Assembly: GCA_010093815.1 (NCBI GenBank)
Contig: ML996566.1
DNA length: 64,000 bases
DNA from: Pseudovirgaria hyperparasitica
Lineage: Eukaryota
Direction: 5' to 3' (one strand)
Below the pieces are notes generated by a model that worked only from the letters and a program-made list of their open reading frames with translations, searched no databases and was not told the origin of the DNA. The position numbers and the translations under genes were made by a program. How positions within the stretch are numbered: the first letter of the stretch is position 1; each line of letters starts with the position of its first letter. Shown piece after piece: positions 26,001 to 36,336 of this stretch.

Positions 26001-27512
26001 TGGGTGTATAGCTTTGTTTGTGTTGTTGTGTGTGGGTGGTGGGGCGCGCGCCCAGTTGTAGCTGGAGAGAGCCCAGAGCCCCGCGCTGTTGGACAAGTCG
26101 AGTCGAACATGAGCCATAGAATTAATCAACCAGATGCATGATGGATGAATGAGCGCGAGCATTTGCGACCGCCTTCACATGTCCCTGGATCTGTCTGTCT
26201 GTACACTATGGCCGCTGTGTATAAGACACCGCTTGTCTTAAGACCGACGTGGACGGAAGACCGATGATTAAGGAAACCACCAGAATGAATCATATCTTTT
26301 GACAAGATTGCCCGGCCGAAATCAATAATATGTATGTCATGTGTACGGGTTGCCTGTTCCGATTGAGCGTACTGTTATACGATATGCCCCCGTGGACCGG
26401 ATCGTACGGAAGAACCCACATTACCCAACAACGTCCGTCCAACAACAATGCAACATATAGCCCGGAACCGGCCTGCTGCTCTCTTCTCTCCAGCCCCCAG
26501 GTGTGAGTTCGTGCCATTTTCCTCATTCGTATAGTGTGTGTCCAGTCGGCCGCAGCAGCACCAGCACCAGCACTAGGTGTCGTGAACAGCATGCTGCGTC
26601 TTGTCTAGATAATTATCAAGAAACTACGCCATGCGTGGTGGTGCCCACTATGTACTATCTTTGTGACCCGACTAGGTTTGAATGGTGGTAGTGGTGTGTG
26701 TGTGTGTGGGCATCTATGTTGGCAACCCCCCTTGTCGCCTTTCTCGTGGAGACGCAGCGACACGAGCGCAGAATGATACCTGATTGGAAGGAGAATGCGA
26801 GGAATCAGTACATATGGATTACTGACCGACCAGCAAACACACACAGACAGACAGATGGATGGATGGAAGGCCGCGTTTACGACTGCAGCCCTAGCGAATC
26901 TGGCTTTTGGTTGTAGCCAAATTTGCGGCAATTTCTCGAGAGCTAAATGCGAGAATGCATTGCTCAGCCCTGATGGCCGGGGTGCCGTTGCATCCATGTA
27001 CGGGGGGGTGTTGTGCTCTCTAATCACCGCCTCGTGGTGTGGCCCGTTCTCGCGAGACGGCCATGGACTTTCCTATGTGCACACACTCCCGCTCTCCTCT
27101 CCTCTCCAATTGCACTTTCGCTCCAACGAACCTCTTTTACGCATCGCACGGCCCTCGCCACGAGAAGGGGGGGAGGGGGGAGGGGGGTGAGGGTCCCATA
27201 TCTCTCTTTCTCTCTCTCTCTCGCATGCTGAACGATGCCTTTCTACCTACAGCTCCAAGCTCTCTGGCACCACAGAAAGGCTGGGCTTGCAGGGGGGGTT
27301 CAGTTATCACAGCCCTCAAGATAAATATATGGAACATCTGCCCCGAGTTCACACCAGTTTGTTGGTTCACTTCTTCTTATTCTTCAGCCTTCTTCGTCTT
27401 CTTGAATCATCATATACTACTATATACTCCTGATCTATCATCCTTGGATATTAGGCTTCTCATTCAAGCTTGTGTGTGTGTTTACACCTAACCTCACCAC
27501 ATACCAAACACC

Positions 27513-28711
27513 ATGAACCGACACGCCGCATACACCTACCCGCAGCCTGCCCAAAGTACTCACAGATATTCGGGCACCAGCAGTGCTTTCTCCGCCAGCG
27601 CAAATCCAAACGAGGACTGGACAAAGATCTCAGACCTAGCTGAGCGCCGGAGAATACAGAACCGGATCGCGCAGCGCAACTACCGTAAGTCCGCCGCATA
27701 GCTCCGAGATATATATATCCTTTTTTTTCCATACCAGATTCCTAATACTGCCACGCAGGCAAGAAGCTCAAGAAGCGATTGGAAGACCTCGAGAGACGCG
27801 CTGCCTCGAATTCAGCCTCGCCAGAACAACGTCCCGCGGAGCTGCACCGGTCGGATTCCCACCAGTCGAACGGATACGCACAGCACGAGGCTCCCCAGGA
27901 CTCGGACCGCCACTACAGCAGCAGACAGCAGTCCCACGACTCGTACCAGCAGCACCACCACTACCCAACACATGCCAGCCAGGACGACCGGGGCCTGTTT
28001 GCGCATCAGTACACTCGCCAGCTCTCCACGTCGCCGCCACCGTACTCGTATGCAACATACCCAAGCCACGAGACTGTCTCCTATTCCACCTATCCTCCAC
28101 CCTCAGCCTATCAAGCCGGTGCGACGGCCGACTCGGGTTACACGCCGCCATACCTCCCTCCTCTCTCCTCGGCCTATCCGAACACGCTGCCGAGCATGGT
28201 GCATCCGGTCAAGCAGGAGTACTACGGCGAGGAGGTCATCAGTCCGTACAGCATGAGCTACGCCTCCATGGCCGGGATCGACATCCCCGCCCCTCTTCAC
28301 TACGCAGACTCACAACACAACCCTCAAGTAAATCTCCCCAAGCCACACCCTCACCCATATCCACATCCACATCCACATCCACCTCGTCATCACTGAGAGA
28401 GAGAGAGAGAAGAGGAGAGGAGAGACAAGCTGCACCACCTTCTTGTGTATAAAACGCGTTTTCATGACGCGCCCTCTTTCGTTCCCCACCTTACTCGCTC
28501 GCCCAACACAACTTTCTCTCATGAACAAACAAACTCGAACCTCCATTTGCTGACTCGCGGCCTGCCTCAGACTCCTCCTCTCTCTGATTCATTCGATGCC
28601 TCGGTCGCCGGCTCACCACCGGACTCGTCGGCCTATCCTACCACGCCCGGCTCGTCTGTGGCGGGTTCTCCGCCCATGTGCATGGACAAGCATTGTACCA
28701 GCTGCTCATGA
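27513..28711 (+). CDS. bZIP transcription factor (EDWTKISDLAERRRIQNRIAQRNYR family)
   Basis: Basic region split by intron 27685-27758 (NYR|KKLKKRLEDLE). Second intron 28328-28570 leads to a TPPLS..C-terminal exon ending at TGA 28709-28711. Confidence 0.9.
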
Positions 28712-31155
28712 TGACGATGAAACATGATGAACATGATGATCATGATGACGATTGTGATTGGAGGAGAGAAAGATGGGGAATATGCGGGCGAAGCAAGACC
28801 CGGAATTGTATAACACATTCAAACTCAACCCTCTTTTTTTTCCCTTCTTTTAAAGGATATTTCATCCGCTTTTTTTTGGAGGGGCTTGTATGCATGGATA
28901 GCGAAAAAGCATCATGAGACGGTCTCCCCCTCAACTCATGATGTGGTGGATATGGCGTTTACAGGGTTGGGCAAAGGGGGGAGTTGGGGATGGATAGGGA
29001 AGGGAAGGAGGGGAGCAAAGGGGCTCCTCGTCCGCGTCCTCGTCCTCCTCCCACCTCAGCGACGACAAACAGTGAGAATTAGCGGGAACTTTTTTGCATA
29101 GCGAAAGAGAGGCAGGTAGTGGGCAACACCGCTTTCTGGAATGAGACTTTTTTATTTATTTATATTCTACTCTTCATGAGGTTCTATCTACAACTTTCCC
29201 CCTCCCTCCCCTTTACTGTAAAGGATAGCGGACAAGTATACTATGGAGATATGTAGTGAGAGATATGATATGCTGCTACTGCTACTGCTGCTAGCTAGCT
29301 AGTATGACGAAATGGAATTTAAGCTAAGCTACTTTTTTTGATTGACAATGAATGCAATGCCCTTCGTACGATACGTATTCTTCTATTCAGCTCAGTAGGC
29401 TAAACCTTTTGAGTCACAGGTTAACGTTAGGGCCCGTGTAGAGAACAAGCCCCTACCTACGTCACTTGCTACCGTCAGCTAGGTTCCCCGGGGACGGGTG
29501 TTACTAAACATCAGGTTAGTTTGTCAGCAGCGAAGAAGAAGAAGCACCACCACCACCACCCGACAACCTTAGTATCGACAAGACAAAACAAAGTCCTATG
29601 CCTAATTATGCCCATGCCTATGCACTATGCCCATCTATTCATGCATCTCGCATTCGGGGGCAATGCTAGCTTAGCCTACAGTAGTAGCTCCCTACCTACC
29701 TAACTTAAGCGGGTCCCTTGATCGGTCAGCAACGAAGAACATCGCCTTACCTACTACTACTAATAACACTACAGGGCCTAATTAACTAAGGTCATCAGCG
29801 GGTTGTGCTAAACCCTAAAACCTAGCCCTAAACTCCGAAAACTTTGGGTGGAGGGTTTTTTTGTGTCTCCCCGGCCCCGGCCGTGAGTGAGTGGGAGGCC
29901 TTGGAATTGTAGTTGGTTTGTTTGTGCGCCCTTTTGTCGTTCACCGGTTTGTGTTTGGGTGGGTGAGTAGGTAAGGCCGACCATTCCATTCCATTCATAT
30001 GCGTACCTAATTAAGGGAGGGGTGGGGGGCCGGCCGGTTCTGTGGCCCGATATCTTGGGGGGAGGGCGTAGATGTTGTGGTTGATCTGTCGATGTAGGCT
30101 AATTAGAGGACCTCTCACGCTTTCGCTTTCGCGATGGATATATCTGTGCCCCTACTACTACTACTACTGCTACGTAAGGTGTAGCAGCATTGTATTGTTT
30201 AGCCAGCATAGTTCGAGGCGTCTGTCTTCTTCCCTTCTCGCGCGCGCGGGGGTCGAGAGGATAGACTGACACTGGGAACTCTGTTGGATTAGATATTAAA
30301 TTGCTCTGCTCTGCTTGGTTTTGGGGAGGGTTCAAGCATGGTTGGCGGGTGGCATGCCCAGGCTCTCTCCAGGCTCCAGCCTTGCTCGCTCGCTCGCTGC
30401 CTTTCTGGCTGGGACTGTTCCCGGACAGAGATGCTGCGGGCTCTGTCGTCCTTGACTCCTTGTTCTTGCGCGCGCGCACACATCCCATCCACTGGAGATC
30501 TGCTGCGTGGTCTACTGTAGTTACTTGTCGCTTAGCTGGGGACGCACGTCGGGGTGGTGTGCCGTATGCGGTCCATCCAGAATGGATCCCATTGCCTCAC
30601 GTGTCTGCCCCGAGTGTCTCCCAGGAACTAATCACTTACTCATTGCTATAGAAGACCCCGATATATACCGGATTAGGTATGTGCGATCATGCTGTCTCAG
30701 CAAGAAGAGGGTCAGTCAATCCTAGACTGGAGAGGGGGCCAGGTCCTGATAGACCTGTCTACCTATAGGTTGGGTAGGTTAGTCAGGCGTGGGAGGTGCG
30801 GCAAGGATCAGTAAGAGATGATCGGTTCTACCTCCTCGTGTGTGTGTGTGTGTGTGCCATGGATAGTGACGAATCGTTTTCCCCTTTCTCCTCTCAGCCG
30901 CGAATTTCTCTGCCAGAAACCCTACCCGCACGAGGATTGTGTATATTTTGTCCAGCTTTGCTCGGAATGGATAATGGTAGCGTTAGGACATGCTGCTTTG
31001 TTAGGGAGGGGGAGGGGGTCATGAGCTCGAACATTATCCCGGTCTTTTACACGCGTCTCCCTGTCTTTTGTCTTTGCTATACGACAAGCAGCGTTGTTAA
31101 TGATTAATAGGCATGGGTTAGATGGTTGGTTCGGTCGTCGTGGAGCTGCTGCCCA

Positions 31156-31157
<2 letters not shown>

Positions 31158-31197
<40 letters not shown>
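31158..31197. repeat. (CA)n microsatellite
   Basis: Direct reading. Confidence 0.95.
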
Positions 31198-31199
<2 letters not shown>

Positions 31200-31365
31200 C
31201 CTTCTCCCAAGTTCCGCGGAAGAATTTTAGACAGCCTGTGAAATCCTATCACTAATTATTACAGTATTCTCTTTCGACCCAGTGAGATGTTGAGAAATGA
31301 ATGTTGCGGCTGGGTCCTCGGGGGTCGTCGGCCTTAATCACCTTACCCGTCGACCGTTCGCTGGA

Positions 31366-31396
31366 GACGCGCTAGTCTCGCGACGCGTTGACGCGA
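31366..31396. promoter_or_regulatory. MCB (ACGCGT) cluster in the ORC1 promoter
   Basis: ACGCGT at 31383-31388 flanked by further ACGCG/CGCG cores, about 240 bp before the ATG. Confidence 0.7.
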
Positions 31397-31631
31397 TCCA
31401 TCGTTCGAGCTAATCGCCCTTTTTCGAATCTTATGCATATCTCACTTTCGTTGGCTCGTCTTACCTGCTGGCTTAATTAGACCAGGTTCCACGCACGCCA
31501 TCCATTACCAAACGAGGACCGGGCCTAGCATTTCCTGAAACTCAATTCCGGACCTTCTTTAATCCCGGTCTCGTCAATTAACCAAACCCCCCGCCCGATA
31601 CCCGCGCCGTGGCCACGATACTGTTGTCCGC

Positions 31632-34600
31632 ATGAAGCCTCCTTCGAGAAAGCGGGTCAAGACCGAGCGTGCCCGGCGCATCCTGTCTGGCGGCGCAGCT
31701 GGCCCTCGCGACACGTCCGACGACGAATCTGCCGCTGCAGATGCGGGCTGGACATGGATTTACGGCGAGCCAGAGGAGGAGGAGGACACACTCGCCCTAG
31801 CTTCTTCTTCCAAGGCAGCACCAGCAGGAGCAGGTAGTTCGCGCAAGAGAAAGGCCCCGGATCCAGATCTGCCAGCGTTGCCAATCGTTGGGGCGCAAAA
31901 GGGCAATGTGCATGTCAAGGTCGGCGATCCGGTGGTGCTGAAGGGCACGCAGAATGAAGTCTGGATCGGCATCGTCCAGGAGCTCTTCCAGGACGACGAT
32001 GCCAATGATATGATGGCCAAACTGGTCTGGTTCCATTACCCGGAGGAAGTCAGAAATAAGACTAAGAGGCGGACGGATGCACTTGCGGTACGGCCCACGT
32101 CATGTCATCTCTCCTGTCGAGAGAGGGCCACGTTTTTGCTTTGCTGAGGACAGTGCTGATGTAAGACAGAACGAGATCTATATATCCTCTGCATCCGACG
32201 TCAATTCCCTCGAGACCATCAACGGCCATGCCAAAATCCTCTCGCCGGGCGTATTTAATGCGCGATATCCTACCGGTGTGATTGGGAAGAGGTCCAAGGA
32301 CTACGGGCGAGTCTTTGTATGCAGACGTGGCGTCACTGTGCGCACAGCAACGTACACAGAAGAGTTCATCTGGGAGAAGGTCTACAAAGGTGCCGAGGAC
32401 CTGGAGCCTCTCCTGGACCTCGTCACCTCCCAAACCAAGCCCACGAGGAAGCGTGCGCCGGCCAAAGCGAAAAAGGAGAGCTATGTATACGACGACTTTG
32501 TCGCAGATGAAGACGACGATGACGACGACGAGCCAAAGACGCCAAGAAAACGACAGAAACTCAAGGGCGCCGCAACGCCTACATCTGCACGCAAAGCACG
32601 TACTCCGAGCAAGAACTTCCTCACGCCGACCCACAAAAGGATCGTCGTCAAAAAGCCACTCGAGTTCACCCCGCTAGGCACTCGAGTGCTCTCCCCGTCA
32701 GCCCTTTCGTCGCCGTTCCAACTCGCCCGGAGCCAGCTCCATGTGTCCTCTGTTCCTGCTACGCTGCCTTGTCGGGAGGAGGAGTTCTCCACCGTATACT
32801 CGCACCTCGAAGCAGCCATCACTGATGGCTCAGGCTCCTGCATCTACATATCTGGCACGCCTGGGACGGGCAAGACTGCGACTGTTCGAGAAGTCGTAGC
32901 GCAGCTCAATACAGCCGTTGTAGCCGATGAGCTCGATGATTTCATCTTCGTCGAGATCAATGGCATGAAGGTCACGGATCCTCACCAGTCATACAGCCTT
33001 CTCTGGGAAGCCTTGAAGGGCGATCGTGTGTCTCCGTCACAGGCGTTGGATCTGTTGGAGCGCGAGTTCTCCTCTCCCAGCCCGCGACGGATACCATGTG
33101 TCGTGCTCATGGACGAACTCGACCAACTGGTCACCAAGAACCAGAGCGTCATGTACAATTTCTTCAACTGGCCTAGTCTACGACACGCTCGGCTGATCGT
33201 ATTGGCTGTTGCGAATACTATGGATCTGCCCGAGAGAACACTGAGCAACAAGATCTCTAGCCGACTAGGTATGTATTGTTCCATTCTTTGTTGATTTCTC
33301 ATCTATGCTGTTTGAGTCGTGCGTGTTTGCTGTTCTGCACACACACACACATACACACACACACACCCTATCCACCACCCCCTTTTCTTTTTCCACATCG
33401 ACTATCCAGGAATACCCTCTCTCTCTCCTGCCTTCTCCTCGGATGGACCAAGGAAAAGCATATACCAGCAACTGCCGGCGCCGTTTCTTTTTTTGGAAGA
33501 GCTGCGCTGGCGTGCATGCAGCCTTTCTTCTTTTTTTGCTTTTTCTGGCTGCACTGTCGCGTGTTTGGAATCTCCTCGGCGAAGGCTCCGCCCCAGTCCC
33601 ACCGCGCGAGAGAGACTATGCCGCCCAACACGACGCAAGTCTTGCTATGTAGCACTCGCGCAGTCTACCCTACCCTGCCCTGGCCTGGCCTAGCATGGCA
33701 TGGCGAACAAGAATCAGGGCCAGCCAGCGACGGGCGGGCACACGACAGGCAAACACACGCCGCCGACCGGTACAACAACCAACTTTTTGGGGTGACATTC
33801 TTTGCGCCGGGGCGGGCCATCGGGGTTCCGGTCAACGACTCGATGCTCCAATTAAGCGTGTGCTGCGCAAAAATCAAGACGCCTTCTGAAGATACGTACG
33901 GGACGTGGTGGGGACCTTTTTTCTTGTCTTCGCCCGCCTGGGTCGGGTGGATCCGCTCGTTTATTCCTTTTTACCCAAAAGTCAACGTCACATGCATGCA
34001 TGCACCCAACCACGCACGCACCACACCGAAGTCCATTTCTTTTTTCGTTGCAAGCGCGAACTACGCAAGGTCCAACAGGGAACGGGCTAGTAAACGACGA
34101 GGCTGGCGTGTGTCCCGAACACCCTCTCCTTTGCGGTCTTGGCTTTTCCATTGTCTGTTTCTGCCTCAGGCATGCATGGATACGACTGCTGTCCTTCGGG
34201 ACTTCCGTCTTGGCGCTCGGTCCTCCTAGATCTTGCGATCCGCGTATTTACCTTCATGGGCATGCATTTTCCAGGCTGCTCCGGTTCTGCCTGAGGCGTC
34301 CTCCCGCGTCGGACATCCAAACCCCCTGTCTTCTATACGCGTATCTGTGCATCGTCGTACCGTACACGATACGACACGACACAGACCGCAACTCCTCGTA
34401 CTATCGTTCCTGTCATGCATTCATTCATGTATCCATTCATTCAGCCTCCACCGCCCCAGCCCCAAACACGAAACCACAACCCATGGCGTTCAGCTTTTGC
34501 TAACCTTCCCCTGTGTGCACCCACAGGTCTAACCCGTATCACCTTCCCCGGCTACACCCACGACCAGCTGATGCAAATCATCCACTCGCGCCTCTCCAAC

Positions 34601-35566
34601 GTCCCAGACCACATCGTCCACCCAGACGCCGTCCAGTTCGCCGCCCGCAAAGTCGCCGCCGTCTCAGGCGACGCCCGTCGCGCCCTCGACATCTGCCGCC
34701 GCGCCGTCGAGCTCGCCGAAGCCGAAGACGCCGCCTCCACATCCATCTCCGCACCTGATGATCCCGCAAGTGCCCCTGACCCCCCAACCCCAAGCCGCTC
34801 ACAACGCGCAAAACAACACCCATCATCATCATCATCAAACCTCTCCCCCAACAAGAAACGCATCCCAGCCCCCCTGCCCGCGAAGAAGGTAAGCGTCACA
34901 ATCGCAACTATCAAACGCGCCATCGCCGAGGCAACGTCCAGTCCGCTCCAGCAGTATCTACGTGCTCTGCCCCTTGCCTCGAAGCTCTTTCTTGCTGCGC
35001 TGCTGGCGCGCGTGAGGCGCTCTGGGGTTGGCGAGGCGCTGCTGGGCGATGTGCTGGATGAGGCGAAGAGGCTTGCGCTTACGGCGCAGGTGGAGGGTGT
35101 GGAGCGGTGGTTGTTGGGTGGTGCTGGTGGTGCTGGTGGTGCTGGTGCTGGGGGAGGTGGGGGAGGTGGGGGAGATGGTGATGGTGGTGGTGGGGATGCG
35201 GATTCTGCGGTTGCGGATTTGGATGGTGGGGATCGGGGGGACGATGACGATGATGGTAATGCCGACGATGACGTCGACGAGGAGGGAGAAGAAGAAGAAG
35301 AAAACGAAGAAGCAGAAAAAGAAATAGAAAACGAAGAAGAAGAAAGAATAAAGAGCAAGAGAGCGCGCGGCACAGACGGGAAGAGCGTGCCCCGTGTGCT
35401 GGGCCTGGGCAGTGCGGCGGTCGAGTTGATGGAGGCGGGCGTTGTCGGCTTGGAGAGTAGACGGGGGGAGCGCGTGGGGAGGGTGCGGTTGGGTGTTGGG
35501 GAGGAGGAGGTGCGGTTGGCGTTGCGGAATGATGAGGAGGTTAGGGGGTTGGGGTTTGGGTCGTAG
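31632..35566 (+). CDS. ORC1: Origin recognition complex subunit 1 (BAH + AAA+ + winged helix)
   Basis: Exons 31632-32087, 32170-33268, 34527-35566. Walker A GTPGTGKT, Walker [49 protein letters not shown]. Confidence 0.97.
33269..34526 (+). ncRNA. Unusually long ORC1 intron with candidate structured RNA
   Basis: GTATGT donor, GCTAAC branch 34499-34504, CAG acceptor. Many nested inverted repeats and a GTCC-TTCG-GGAC tetraloop hairpin at 34191-34202. The intron call is firm; the ncRNA call is tentative. Confidence 0.45.
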
Positions 35567-36336
35567 GGTGAGGGTGAGGGTGTAGAGAGGGAGGAGAGGG
35601 GGGAGGAGGGGGATTGGTGATTGTGGGGTGGTGATTGGGCGTATTTATTGTGTGTATGTATGTGTAGATGTATGTATAGATTAGGTGTGCATGTGTAGAT
35701 GTATAGATGTATGTAGGTGTATGATAGAAGGCATTCCTTCCTTCATTCATTCCATTCGCATTGCATCGCATAGCTAGACATGCTTTTCTTCCACGAAATC
35801 ATGTCTATGAGGAACCCGGTTTTCGTCCCTTGGGTAAAACCTACACCCCACACATCTCTCTCTCTCTCTCTCTCCTCAAACTCCATCCACCCGTTGTATA
35901 TATAGATAGATAAAGAGAAAGAGAGACGTGTGTTGTGCATCTAAACTCCGTAATCCCATGCGCACACACTGCACATCACTCAGTACAGTCCAGTGACCGA
36001 TCTCATTTATGCACAGTGTGCCCTGTTTGTCTGCCAGTACACCTGCCTGCCTATCCTGCTTGCCCTGCCCTACCTCTCGCACGCCCAATCCAACGACCCA
36101 ACTCGCATGCTATTGACCTTACAAGCCAAGCCAACCCAAGCTAAGCCATACCAAGCCAACCCAAGCCAGCCACCCACATGAGAATGAAAACAAACTCAAA
36201 CGAGCAGAAGTACAAGTTCACAAAGAACGCGCACACAGGACCATCTCCATCTATCTCATCGCCCACACGCCACCGCAAAGGGGCAAGCACCTCTCTCGAG
36301 AGTTCCGGGGGAGGAGGGCCTCAGAGGAGGAAGGGT

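Noticed and set aside
19149..27491. Many 60-150 aa ORFs in the long intergenic region
   Set aside because: Translations of simple repeats (poly-V/L, HT, CV) with no domain or splice support.
33781..33790. AACTTTTTGG, resembling an Sm site
   Set aside because: No snRNA signature nearby, and it appears base-paired with 33973-33982.
33886..33892. CTGAAGA, resembling the hammerhead CUGANGA core
   Set aside because: No GAAA after the adjacent stem, so the core is incomplete.
33276..34229. 317-aa ORF and other overlapping ORFs inside the ORC1 intron
   Set aside because: Non-ATG start, translated microsatellites and poly-T runs, no homing-endonuclease or transposase motif.
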